Origin: an uncultured Verrucomicrobiota bacterium
GTDB taxonomy: Bacteria > Verrucomicrobiota > Kiritimatiellia > JAAZAB01
Assembly (NCBI GenBank): GCA_964458525.1
Contig: CAYWJE010000002.1
Span: 1 to 38,536 of the forward strand
DNA length: 38,536 nt
Direction: 5' to 3'
In this document: positions 7,897-16,792 of the stretch, piece by piece
How positions within the stretch are numbered: the first letter of the stretch is position 1
How the letters are laid out: each line of letters begins with the position of its first letter
Made by a program: the position numbers and the translations under genes
Notes under the pieces: model-generated
What the model saw: only the letters and a program-made list of their open reading frames with translations
The model's database searches: none
What the model was told of the DNA's origin: nothing

Positions 7897-9131
7897 CGCA
7901 GCAAGCGACAGCAGAGAACATCGCCGACGTGATCTTGAAGATCAAGAGCGCGTTCGACACATTTGAATCGCAGAGCGGCGTCCTGCAAACTTCCTATGAC
8001 GCGCTTAAGCGCAATCTCGCCGAATCGAACAGGCAGCTCAGCTCGAAAAATCAGGCGCTGTCCGACAAGGTGCGGGAGCTTCAGCAGATGTCAACGCGTC
8101 TCCAGTGCATCCTGGGCAGCATGACGGACAGTGTGCTGGTGGTGGATGACAACCTCAAAGTCGAGAGATGCAATTCGTCCGCCGAGAGCCTGCTCGGTCT
8201 GCCGCAATTCGATATTGTGGGCAGAAACTACGATGAAATTGCGAACGGACTGGGAAACGCCGACCTCATAAGAATGGTCATCGAGGACGGCAGGTCCCTG
8301 CTTGACCAGGAGCGGCGCAGCATGCGCGGCGATGGCGAGGAAATCGTGGTGCTCGCCAGCGTGGCGCCCATCCGCTCGCCGCAGGGCCCCATGCTCGGGG
8401 CGATCGAGGTGCTCAGGGACGTTACGGAACTGCGCAGGCTCGAGGAGAAGGTAGCCTGCCAGAAACGCATGGCCGCGCTCGGCGAAATGGCGGCCAGTGT
8501 GGCCCATGAGATCCGCAATCCCCTGGGAACGATAGAGGGCTTTGCGAGCCTGTTGAAGCGCGACCTCGAAGCAATGCCCGAACACTCCCGCCTCGCCACG
8601 AAGATCGTGGAGGGCGTGCAGAATCTCAACTACGTCATCACGAGCCTGCTCACCTATGCCAGGCCGATGCCGCTCTCGTGCGAGGAATTCGACGCCGGCA
8701 GGTTCATTTCCGACTTGAGCGACGTGCTGGGCAGGAATTCGGCGGGTCAGGGAGTGGCCCTTGAAATTGAGGCGCTCGTCCAGCCTTTCGCGTTGCGCGG
8801 CGACAAGCGTCAGCTTCGGCAGGTGATGATCAACCTGGGCCTTAATGCCATTGAGGCATGCTCAGCCGGGGGACACGTCCGCATCTCGGCTGCAAGGAGG
8901 GGAAAGACCGCCATGTTCGAAATCGAGGACGACGGCTGCGGGATAAGCAAGGCGGACAGGCAAAGGCTGTTTGACCCCTTCTTCACCCGCAAACAGGGCG
9001 GAACGGGTCTGGGTTTGTCGCTCTGCCACAAGATCGTGCTGTCGCACGCCGGAGAAATAGAGGTGGCCAGCGAGCCTGGCAGAAAAACGGTATTTAGGGT
9101 AATTCTTCCCGGAACGGTGGTGGCATCATGA
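7893..9131 (+). CDS. Cytoplasmic PAS-domain sensor histidine kinase (FlrB/FleS/FlgS-type flagellar kinase by context)
   Basis: N-terminal coiled coil, then a PAS-like segment (LQCILGSMTDSVLVVDDNLKVERCNSSAESLLGL). HisKA H-box VAHEIRNPLGTI, N-box MINLGLNAIEA, G1 IEDDGCGI, F-box FDPFFTRK, G2 GGTGLGLSLCHKIV. No TM segment. The start is set at ATG 7893 rather than the long ORF start 7554. Confidence 0.85.
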   Translation: MTQQATAENIADVILKIKSAFDTFESQSGVLQTSYDALKRNLAESNRQLSSKNQALSDKVRELQQMSTRLQCILGSMTDSVLVVDDNLKVERCNSSAESLLGLPQFDIVGRNYDEIANGLGNADLIRMVIEDGRSLLDQERRSMRGDGEEIVVLASVAPIRSPQGPMLGAIEVLRDVTELRRLEEKVACQKRMAALGEMAASVAHEIRNPLGTIEGFASLLKRDLEAMPEHSRLATKIVEGVQNLNYVITSLLTYARPMPLSCEEFDAGRFISDLSDVLGRNSAGQGVALEIEALVQPFALRGDKRQLRQVMINLGLNAIEACSAGGHVRISAARRGKTAMFEIEDDGCGISKADRQRLFDPFFTRKQGGTGLGLSLCHKIVLSHAGEIEVASEPGRKTVFRVILPGTVVAS

Positions 9132-10522
9132 TATCGAGCATAGAAACAGCGCTGGTGGTTGACGACGACGTGCTGATGAGGGAATTCATCATTGAAACAC
9201 TGAAACGCAACGGGCTCTCGGTGTTCGAGGCCGCCAACGGGCTCGACGCCAAGAGCCTGGCCGAGGAGCGCAGCTTCGATATCGCCTTCATTGACATGAA
9301 AATGCCGGGCATGGATGGGATGCAGTTTCTGAAGTTCCTCAAGGAAAGCGGGAATGACGCGCTTCCGGTGATGATCACCGCCTTTGGGACCGTGGAGCAG
9401 GCAGTTGATGCGATGAAAATCGGGGCCTACGACTTTCTCATGAAGCCGTTCTCACCCGACCAGGTTGAGATCATAATCAAGCGGGCCAGGGAGTTCGTAG
9501 GAATCCAGGCACGCAACGCATATCTCCAGGAAGAGCTGGGGTGGCAGCTTCCCCGCGGCAGACAGTTCATCGGGCAGTCGCCGCCCGTCCGCGCCCTTAT
9601 GGAAGCCATTCAGGAAGTGGCCGCATCATCGGCCACAGTGCTTGTTTCGGGCGAAAGCGGAACAGGTAAGGAGCTTGTCGCCCTCGCCATCCACGCGCTC
9701 AGCGGCAGGAAGGATGGCCCTTTTATTCGCATGAACTGCGCCGCGGTACCGAACGAGCTGATGGATAGCGAGATGTTTGGCCACGAAAAAGGCTCCTTCA
9801 CCAGTGCCATATCAAAGCGGATCGGCCGGTTCGAGCTGGCAAACGGCGGCACATTACTTCTCGACGAAATCAGCGAGCTGCACATAGGGCTGCAGGCCAA
9901 GCTGCTGCGGGTTCTACAGGAGCAGGAATTCGAACGCGTTGGCGGCGCGCGCACAATCAGGACCGACTGCCGCGTCATAGCCACCACCAACCGCAACCTG
10001 AAGGAATACGTCGAGACCGGAAAATTCCGGCAGGATCTCTTTTACAGGCTCAACGTGCTGCCGATAAACACACCGCCTCTGAGGGAACGCATCGAAGATA
10101 TCCCGATTCTCATCAACGCCTTTCTCGCAAAATCCGGGGCGCGCAAGACGGCAAACGCTTCTGAACTGAAGTTCTCGGGAGAGGCGATGAGCCTCCTTTG
10201 CGCCTATCCCTGGCCCGGGAACGTGCGTGAACTCGAGAACATGGTCGAACGGCTCACCGTCATGGGCAAGGGCCCCGTTTTCGGGCCTGATGCCCTGCCC
10301 GCCGAAATTCGCGGCGCCACCCCCATCGCGACAGTGCCGGCCCCGCCACAAAAACCGGAGACCCTGAACCTGGCCGAAATCGAGCGTGAAGCCATAATGC
10401 AGGCCCTCGGAATCACCGGTGGAAACAGGCAGAAAACATCGGATATTCTCGGAATAAGCGTGAGAACCCTGCGCAATAAGCTTAATCAGTACAAGCAGGA
10501 CGAGAATACCGGTGGCATGTGA
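9128..10522 (+). CDS. Sigma54-dependent response regulator (FlrC/FleR/FlgR-type by context)
   Basis: REC domain (ALVVDDDVLM, DIAFIDMKMPGMDG, KIGAYDFLMKP). AAA+ domain (GESGTGKE, GSFTSA loop, LLLDEISEL). Fis-type HTH (NRQKTSDILGISVRTLRNKL). ATGA overlap with the kinase; it sits immediately upstream of flgB. Confidence 0.9.
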   Translation: MISSIETALVVDDDVLMREFIIETLKRNGLSVFEAANGLDAKSLAEERSFDIAFIDMKMPGMDGMQFLKFLKESGNDALPVMITAFGTVEQAVDAMKIGAYDFLMKPFSPDQVEIIIKRAREFVGIQARNAYLQEELGWQLPRGRQFIGQSPPVRALMEAIQEVAASSATVLVSGESGTGKELVALAIHALSGRKDGPFIRMNCAAVPNELMDSEMFGHEKGSFTSAISKRIGRFELANGGTLLLDEISELHIGLQAKLLRVLQEQEFERVGGARTIRTDCRVIATTNRNLKEYVETGKFRQDLFYRLNVLPINTPPLRERIEDIPILINAFLAKSGARKTANASELKFSGEAMSLLCAYPWPGNVRELENMVERLTVMGKGPVFGPDALPAEIRGATPIATVPAPPQKPETLNLAEIEREAIMQALGITGGNRQKTSDILGISVRTLRNKLNQYKQDENTGGM

Positions 10523-10896
10523 AGTGCTTTCCTTATCCATTAGCCATGGATACATCAATACAGATGCTGCGCACGATAATGGACGGTTGCACTGCAAGAC
10601 ATCGCGTTCTTGCCAATAACCTCGCGAATGCCGAAACCCCCATGTTCAAGAGGCAGGATCTCAATTTCAAATCGGCCCTTGATCAGGCGTTAAACTCGAA
10701 AAATGAAGGCGGATTCAATGATGTCCAGTTTCAAATCAACACGGATACCAAGTCTCCGGCCTCCGCAAACGGCAATAACGTGTCAACCCAGGCTGAACTC
10801 GGCCTGATTCTCCAGAACAGCCTGCTGTACAATACCGCGACAACAGTTATATCTGACAAATTCACAAGATTGAAAAAAGCCATCAAGGGAGCTTGA
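10519..10896 (+). CDS. flgB: Flagellar basal-body rod protein FlgB
   Basis: Rod N-terminal motif RHRVLANNLANAETPMFKRQDL, typical size, and position before flgC. GTG 10519 overlaps the regulator stop (GTGA); an alternative ATG lies at 10546. Confidence 0.85.
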   Translation: MKCFPYPLAMDTSIQMLRTIMDGCTARHRVLANNLANAETPMFKRQDLNFKSALDQALNSKNEGGFNDVQFQINTDTKSPASANGNNVSTQAELGLILQNSLLYNTATTVISDKFTRLKKAIKGA

Positions 10897-10914
10897 CGGT
10901 TTTCGATGTGTTTG

Positions 10915-10930
10915 TGGCAGGAAAAATGCT
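10915..10930 (+). promoter_or_regulatory. Candidate sigma54 (-24/-12) promoter TGGCAGGAAAAATGCT
   Basis: GG 10916-17 and GC 10928-29 have GG-N10-GC spacing. It lies in the 80-bp flgB-flgC gap. The predicted start (~10941) leaves a ~36-nt leader containing the GAGGA RBS of flgC. Confidence 0.45.
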
Positions 10931-10976
10931 TCAAGGAACCTGTGAGGTTGATTCCGGGTAATAGGCGAGGACGAAT

Positions 10977-11414
10977 ATGCCATACGAAACATCATTGATT
11001 CCCGCAATTGGAGTGAGCGCAAGTGGGCTGGACGCGCAAAACCGCCGCATGGAGGTTATTGCGAACAACGTTGCCAATGCCAACACCACCCGTGGCGTTG
11101 ATGGTAAAGTATTCCGCAGAAAAGAGGTAGTTTTTGCCGCCAAGATGCAACAGGCAATGGGGTTGCCCGAAACGGATTCGAGCCGTGGCGGAGTCAAGGT
11201 GGACAGCATAATAGAAGACGACAGCGCTCTTAAGACGATCTTTAAGCCGGGTCATCCGGATGCCGATGCCGACGGCTATGTGCTTATGCCCAACGTGGAG
11301 CCAATTGAGGAAATGATTGACATGATGAATGCCACTCGCGCGTACGAGGCCAACCTGGCGGCAATCAAGGCCGCCAAATCCATGGCGGCGCAGGCCTTGC
11401 AGATAGGGAGATAG
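10977..11414 (+). CDS. flgC: Flagellar basal-body rod protein FlgC
   Basis: SASGLDAQNRRMEVIANNVANANTTR N-terminal rod motif and C-terminal EEMIDMMNATRAYEANLAAIKAAKSMAAQALQI, both typical of FlgC. Confidence 0.9.
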   Translation: MPYETSLIPAIGVSASGLDAQNRRMEVIANNVANANTTRGVDGKVFRRKEVVFAAKMQQAMGLPETDSSRGGVKVDSIIEDDSALKTIFKPGHPDADADGYVLMPNVEPIEEMIDMMNATRAYEANLAAIKAAKSMAAQALQIGR

Positions 11415-11416
11415 CC

Positions 11417-11725
11417 ATGATTAACACTGATTTCAGAATAGACGGCGCTGGCGGTGAGATCGCCCCGTACCTAAAGAATAATGTTCCGGAGAAGAACGAC
11501 TCGGATGTCAGCTTCAAAGATGTACTCAAAGGCCTCGTCAGCCAGGTGGACACCCTTCAGAAAAGCGCCGATGCCTCCATAGAAGGGCTCGTTACCGGCG
11601 AGACCACCGATATCCACGACGTGACGATCAAGCTCGAGGAAGCGGGAGTCGCTTTTGACCTGATGATGGAAGTCCGGAACAAGCTACTTGACGCTTACCA
11701 GCAGATTATAAAGATACAGTCATAG
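11417..11725 (+). CDS. fliE: Flagellar hook-basal body complex protein FliE
   Basis: 102 aa. C-terminal FliE-like segment IHDVTIKLEEAGVAFDLMMEVRNKLLDAYQQIIKIQ. Lies between flgC and fliF. GGGAGA RBS. Confidence 0.8.
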   Translation: MINTDFRIDGAGGEIAPYLKNNVPEKNDSDVSFKDVLKGLVSQVDTLQKSADASIEGLVTGETTDIHDVTIKLEEAGVAFDLMMEVRNKLLDAYQQIIKIQS

Positions 11726-11804
11726 TGTATTTTTTATTTTTTATTTTTGATTTTCAAATATTAACAATCTGAAATCAGAAATTTCAATTGAGGGAGGTTG
11801 AGAA

Positions 11805-13361
11805 ATGGCAAGCAGCATATCAGTGTTAGGGGGGCAGCTGGCAGAGATATGGCGGCATTTCGGCGTTAACCAGAAAGTCAGCACCGTCCTGGGGCTTGCC
11901 ATAACGATCGCCATGATAAGCGGACTCCTTTACTGGAGCTCCAGGCCGAGTTACCGTCTTCTCTATTCCGGCATGACGCTTGAAGATGCGGCCATGGCCC
12001 GTGAGAAGATCGAGGACCAGAACATCAAGGTCATACTGAAGGATTCGGGCACTTCCATTTACGTACCGGCAGGCGATGTTTACAGCTGTCGCCTGCTTCT
12101 GGCTTCCGAGGGCGTCCTTAAAGGAACCGGGACCGGCTTCGAGCTGTTCGAGCAGCCCAAGTTCGGGTTGACCGATTTCGCCCAGAAGGTCAATTATCAG
12201 CGCGCCTTGCAAGGCGAACTCGAACGCACGATTTCCGCCATGCAGGGCATCAGTTCTGCCCGCGTGATCCTCGTGCTCCCGAAGGACAAGTTGTTTGCCT
12301 CCGAAGCCGAGAAGCGCGCGAGCGCCTCGATCCTGGTGAACGTCAGCGGCGGCGGGTCTCTCACGCCCTCCCAGGTGACGAGCGTAACCAGGTTCGTGGG
12401 AAGCGCGGTTTCCGGGCTTTCCCCCTCAGCCATAACCATAACCGATCAGAACGGGCGCCTGCTCTCCAAATTTCAGGATCCTTCCGACAGTCAGTTCGGG
12501 GCCGCGGACAGCCAGCTTGAAGCGCAGCATAATTTCGAAAATATTCTCGTGCACAAGGCGCAGGGGATGCTCGATAAGGCGCTCGGAATCGGTCAGTCAA
12601 TAGTTTCGGTCACCGCGGATATGGACTTCAGCAAGGTTGAAAAACGCAGTGAAAAGTACGATGCAGAAGGCCGGGTGGTCGTGAACGAGACGATTTCATC
12701 CCAGAGCTCGAGCGCGCCCGGACAGATGGCCGCGCCCGCGACGACGGTCGTGAGGGTTGGGGAAGCGGGATCCGCCCCGCCGGCGGTTACCATGAGCAAC
12801 ACGAAGCAGGAAAACATCAAGACCGAATACAAGGTGCCATCCGACGTCGAGCACTTCGTCCAGTCCGGCGCGCGGATACGCGGTGTTTCCGTCTCCGTAT
12901 GCGTGGCGAAACGCGGCGATGAGGCGCGGACTCCGGAACAAATGAAGACCATTGAAAACATGATCACAAAAGCCGTCGGCCTCACCACGGGCGGCGAGCG
13001 CGCCGATTCAATCGAGGTTGTCGAAATGGAATTCCCGACGCCCGTCGAGGAGCCGGCGCTCGGATTCCTGCAGACGCTGCCGATTTCCCTTCCGGATATG
13101 GGCAAGGGGCTCGTGGCGGTGGTCATTCTTCTCATGATCTTTATCGGCAGCCGCAGGGTCGTTACGCGCCTGTCGGTTGAAACCGAGGACGTGGGCGTTC
13201 CCGTCGGCGCCCTGGCCGGTGCGCCGGCAATCGGGGGCAGGGAGAATGGTATGCCGATCACTGAATCCATCGAGTCGGGCCTGGACTACGTCAACAGCCT
13301 GGCCGAGCAGGATCCCCGGGCAATCGCGGCATGGATAACCAATGTCACGAAGGCTTCTTGA
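11805..13361 (+). CDS. fliF: Flagellar MS-ring protein FliF
   Basis: N-terminal TM (VLGLAITIAMISGLLYW). YscJ/FliF motifs (LYSGMTLEDAAMAREKIEDQNIKV, VNYQRALQGELERTISAMQGISSARV). Second TM (LVAVVILLMIFIG) and a cytoplasmic tail. GAGGGAGG RBS. Confidence 0.9.
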   Translation: MASSISVLGGQLAEIWRHFGVNQKVSTVLGLAITIAMISGLLYWSSRPSYRLLYSGMTLEDAAMAREKIEDQNIKVILKDSGTSIYVPAGDVYSCRLLLASEGVLKGTGTGFELFEQPKFGLTDFAQKVNYQRALQGELERTISAMQGISSARVILVLPKDKLFASEAEKRASASILVNVSGGGSLTPSQVTSVTRFVGSAVSGLSPSAITITDQNGRLLSKFQDPSDSQFGAADSQLEAQHNFENILVHKAQGMLDKALGIGQSIVSVTADMDFSKVEKRSEKYDAEGRVVVNETISSQSSSAPGQMAAPATTVVRVGEAGSAPPAVTMSNTKQENIKTEYKVPSDVEHFVQSGARIRGVSVSVCVAKRGDEARTPEQMKTIENMITKAVGLTTGGERADSIEVVEMEFPTPVEEPALGFLQTLPISLPDMGKGLVAVVILLMIFIGSRRVVTRLSVETEDVGVPVGALAGAPAIGGRENGMPITESIESGLDYVNSLAEQDPRAIAAWITNVTKAS

Positions 13362-13397
13362 GACTTTTGAAGGAACAACACACGGAGAGCGGATTAT

Positions 13398-14411
13398 ATG
13401 GCAGCGGTTCCTGACACATTAATGACACCATTGCAGTCGGTCGCCGTTCTCCTGGCCAGCCTGAACGAGGAAACGGCGGCATCCATCCTGCAGCAGCTTG
13501 ATCCAGACACCATGAACGCGGTGGCCGAGGAGATCGCCTTGCTCGGCGTGGTCGCGGGGGACAAGAGGCAGAAAGCCCTTCAATTCTGCATGAGGGGAAT
13601 CGTCGAGATGGGCGGCGCCCTTCGCGGGGATTCAAAATCCGCCAACGCGCTTCTCGTTAAGGCCATAGGCGAGAAGCGCGCCGCGGCCATCCTCCAGGAA
13701 AGAACGGCTTCCGGAGAACAGGCCTTCAACAGCTTCAGGGGTGTTGATCCCAACGAAATAGCCGAGGTGCTGATGAATGAACAGCCAGGGGTCATAGCTA
13801 TTGTATTGAGATACCTGCCTGTTGAAATCTCGGGCGAAGTGCTGCAAATGCTCTCCGAGGAGACCCGCCAGCAGACGGTCCTGTTCCTGGCCACTTCCTC
13901 TGCACCGTCGCCGGAAGTGATCGGCCGTGTTGAGTCATTCATGGCATCGCGAATAAAGCGCGGCAAACAGGGGCAGAAGATCAAGGAGAAGGACAATCTC
14001 GATGTTGTTGCCGGGATCCTTCAGCATGTGGGAACTTCCATCGAAACGGAGGTCATGTCCACCATAGAGGGAAAGTCCCCGGACCTGGCTAATGCGATAA
14101 GGGATAAGCTTTTCACGTTCGAGGACGTCGTCAAGCTCAGCAACGCGGCAATGCGGAAGCTCCTTTCGGAGATAGATACCGGCATTCTGTCCGTCGCGCT
14201 TCGGGGCGTTTCCATTGATCTGCGCGAAAAATTTTTCAGCAACATGTCGAAGCGCGCTGCGGCAGCCCTCAAGGAGGAGATGGAGTTCGCGCCCAAGGTT
14301 AAACTTTCGGATGTGGATAAGAGTCAAAGAGAGATCGTGGCTGCCATCAGGAACCTGCAGGCGAGCGGCGAGATCACCGTGGGCGCGGGAGCGGAGGATG
14401 AATATGTCTAA
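13398..14411 (+). CDS. fliG: Flagellar motor switch protein FliG
   Basis: LMNEQPGVIAIVLRYL (EHPQ-type motif region) and C-terminal torque-helix region AMRKLLSEIDTGILSVALRGVSIDLREKFFSNMSKRAAAALKEEME. 337 aa. Confidence 0.9.
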   Translation: MAAVPDTLMTPLQSVAVLLASLNEETAASILQQLDPDTMNAVAEEIALLGVVAGDKRQKALQFCMRGIVEMGGALRGDSKSANALLVKAIGEKRAAAILQERTASGEQAFNSFRGVDPNEIAEVLMNEQPGVIAIVLRYLPVEISGEVLQMLSEETRQQTVLFLATSSAPSPEVIGRVESFMASRIKRGKQGQKIKEKDNLDVVAGILQHVGTSIETEVMSTIEGKSPDLANAIRDKLFTFEDVVKLSNAAMRKLLSEIDTGILSVALRGVSIDLREKFFSNMSKRAAAALKEEMEFAPKVKLSDVDKSQREIVAAIRNLQASGEITVGAGAEDEYV

Positions 14412-15012
14412 ATCCATTCTTCTTGATCACGGGTTCACCGGTTTCGTGGCTGCGGGAATGGGCGCGGCAAAGGCCGGCTCCGAGCAGCTCACGCAGGCTA
14501 AAATAGCCGAAATCCGCCGGGACGCCGTTGCCGAGTGCGACAGGCGCTTTGAGGCGGAGCGCGCCGAGTACAGAAGAAGGCTGGGCGAATCGTGGCGCTC
14601 TTTCGAGGCAAACTTCTCGAAATTCCAGGCCGGGATCGAGCAGACAATCAAGGATCAGTTTATTGAAACCTCCGTGAGGATCGCCGAGGTCATCCTTCGA
14701 AGCCGCCTGCCCGACCGCGACATGCTTATCGAGGTGATAAAAAAGACTCTCGAGCCGCTGACCGATCTACAGGGAGTGCGGATCCGCATGAGCCCCGACG
14801 ATGCCAGGGCCGTCATCGCGGCGCGCGAGGATGGGGGCCGGAAAGAAGTCGCGGATGCCGTCGAAATCGTCGAGGATGCCTCCCTCGGCGCGGGCGACGT
14901 GCTGATAGAGAGCCGCAACGGCTATTTCAACGCGCAGATTTCTGAAAGACTCGAGATTCTGAAGCAACTACTCAAGGAGCGAAGCAGAGATGCCCATTCG
15001 GACAATGCCTGA
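14398..15012 (+). CDS. fliH: Flagellar export ATPase regulator FliH
   Basis: Lies between fliG and fliI. Charged helical N-terminal half (AEIRRDAVAECDRRFEAERAEYRRRL) and FliH/YscL-like C-terminal half (VRIRMSPDDARAV...GDVLIESRNGYFNAQISERLE). The start is taken at ATG 14398/14404, not 14215. Confidence 0.7.
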   Translation: MNMSKSILLDHGFTGFVAAGMGAAKAGSEQLTQAKIAEIRRDAVAECDRRFEAERAEYRRRLGESWRSFEANFSKFQAGIEQTIKDQFIETSVRIAEVILRSRLPDRDMLIEVIKKTLEPLTDLQGVRIRMSPDDARAVIAAREDGGRKEVADAVEIVEDASLGAGDVLIESRNGYFNAQISERLEILKQLLKERSRDAHSDNA

Positions 15013-16318
15013 AATTGACATTCTCCCTCTGGTTGACGGCCTTCAGAAGGAAAGCGTGGCCGGCGCTGAGGGTCGCGTGTCGGAGGTGATCGGGTTGACG
15101 GTGAAGTCAACTGGTCCGCGCATCTCCGTGGGCGACCTGGCCTGGATCGAGGCCGGCGATGACCAGGGCGTAAAGCGGGTGCCCGCCGAGGTTGTGGGTT
15201 TTAAGGATCGTTCCGTCCTGCTGATGCCGATCGAGCATCTCGCCGGCATCCGGCCGGGCACACGGGTCATACCGGGCGGAAAGTTGAAGGTCCGCGCCGG
15301 CTACAGCCTGCTCGGCAGGATACTGGATGGACTCGGCCGGCCAATTGACAAGAACGGCGAACCGGAGAACACCGTGCAGGTTGATATTGACAACGTGGCG
15401 CCTGCGCCGCTTGACCGCGAAAGGCTTTCGCAGGTTTTCTCGACGGGCATACGGGCCCTTGACGGACTTTTAACCACGGCCAAGGGCCAGAGACTGGGCA
15501 TTTTCTCAGGCAGCGGGGTTGGGAAAAGCGTGCTCCTGGGAAGCCTGGCCCGGAACTCCTGCGCGACCGTTAACGTGATCGCCCTTGTGGGCGAGCGCGG
15601 CAGGGAAGTGCGCGATTTCATCGAGGGCTCCCTTGGCGAAGGCCTGGCGAAATCGGTGGTGGTGGCGGCCACTTCCGATCAGTCGCCGCTCATGCGGATC
15701 AAGGGCGCCGCCACAGCCATGGCAATAGCGGAGTTCTTCCGCAGCAAGGGCGAGAATGTCCTGCTGCTGATGGATTCTGTGACGCGCTATGCCATGGCCC
15801 AGCGCGAAATAGGGCTGGCCATTGGCGAGCCGCCGACGACCAAGGGGTACCCGCCGAGCGTCTTCGGGCTCCTCGCCAGGCTGCTTGAGCGTTCCGGCGC
15901 GTCGAGTGCCGGCAGCATAACGGCCTACTACACCGTGCTGGTGGAGGCGGACGATATGAACGATCCGGTGGCGGATGCCGTTCGCTCGATTCTCGACGGG
16001 CACGTGGTCCTCTCCCGCAACCTGGCGGAGATGAATCATTACCCGGCCATAGATGTTCTCATGAGTATAAGCCGCCTCATGAATGAAATTGTCTCCCCCG
16101 AGCACAGGAAAAACGCCAACAGGTTGAGGACGCTCCTGGCCGTCTATCGCAAGGCTGAGGACCTCATCAATGTCGGCGCCTATGTGGCCGGATCGAATCC
16201 AAAGATTGACGAGGCTATGAAGAAAATTGATGCCATTAACAAGTTCCTGTGCCAGCCGCCGAACGTGACGGTGAAATGGGAGGCCGCTCTTAAGGAGCTG
16301 GCGGAGGTGGTCCAATGA
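14990..16318 (+). CDS. fliI: Flagellum-specific ATP synthase FliI
   Basis: Walker A GSGVGKSVLLG, Walker B LLLMDSVTRYAMAQREI, and F1-beta/FliI-like blocks (GYPPSVF, TAYYTVLVEADDMNDPVAD, GHVVLSR). Confidence 0.95.
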   Translation: MPIRTMPEIDILPLVDGLQKESVAGAEGRVSEVIGLTVKSTGPRISVGDLAWIEAGDDQGVKRVPAEVVGFKDRSVLLMPIEHLAGIRPGTRVIPGGKLKVRAGYSLLGRILDGLGRPIDKNGEPENTVQVDIDNVAPAPLDRERLSQVFSTGIRALDGLLTTAKGQRLGIFSGSGVGKSVLLGSLARNSCATVNVIALVGERGREVRDFIEGSLGEGLAKSVVVAATSDQSPLMRIKGAATAMAIAEFFRSKGENVLLLMDSVTRYAMAQREIGLAIGEPPTTKGYPPSVFGLLARLLERSGASSAGSITAYYTVLVEADDMNDPVADAVRSILDGHVVLSRNLAEMNHYPAIDVLMSISRLMNEIVSPEHRKNANRLRTLLAVYRKAEDLINVGAYVAGSNPKIDEAMKKIDAINKFLCQPPNVTVKWEAALKELAEVVQ

Positions 16319-16767
16319 AGGCATTCGAATTCTCGCTCCAGACGCTCCTTGATTCAAAAGAGGCGCTCGAGCAGCTTGGGGAAATGCGCATGGGCGAGGC
16401 GATGCGCACGCTTCAGCAGAACAGGGAACACCTCAACCATATGCACGAAAAACTCAGGAATCAGGTTGTGTGCGCCGAGAAGTTCACGGGACACAAGACG
16501 ACCGGCGATGAGCTTGCCACCCATTCGCGGCATTTGATCTGGCTCCAGCAGCAGATAGAACAGCAGTTGCGGAGGGTGGCGACCCTTGAGCGCAATGTCG
16601 AGAAGATACGCGAACAACTTCTCTCTCTCATGCGCGAGGTTAAGAGCATGGAGCGTCTGAAACAGAAGCAGAAGACGCGCTGGGCGACCGAGAAGAATCG
16701 TAAGGAGCAGGGCGAAATGGACGAGATTGCCATCAGGAGGCACTTTGAATGCCATGTGATGGAATGA
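16315..16767 (+). CDS. fliJ: Flagellar export chaperone/stalk protein FliJ
   Basis: 150-aa all-helical coiled-coil protein. ATGA overlap with the fliI stop and the conserved position after fliI. Confidence 0.65.
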   Translation: MKAFEFSLQTLLDSKEALEQLGEMRMGEAMRTLQQNREHLNHMHEKLRNQVVCAEKFTGHKTTGDELATHSRHLIWLQQQIEQQLRRVATLERNVEKIREQLLSLMREVKSMERLKQKQKTRWATEKNRKEQGEMDEIAIRRHFECHVME

Positions 16768-16792
16768 AGTTTTTGCCTGGAACGGGGACCTT

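Noticed and set aside
2400-9810. Non-consensus sigma54-contact loops (GAFTDA in the first activator, GSFTSA in the second) as a sign of sigma54-independent regulators
   Set aside because: The critical Phe-Thr pair and the surrounding AAA+ blocks are intact. Variation at the other loop positions is not sufficient evidence for loss of sigma54 coupling, and -24/-12 boxes are present nearby.
14215-14397. Upstream extension of the fliH ORF overlapping the fliG 3' end
   Set aside because: The extension lies entirely inside fliG in another frame and is Arg/Ser-rich. ATG 14398/14404 next to the fliG stop is the natural start.
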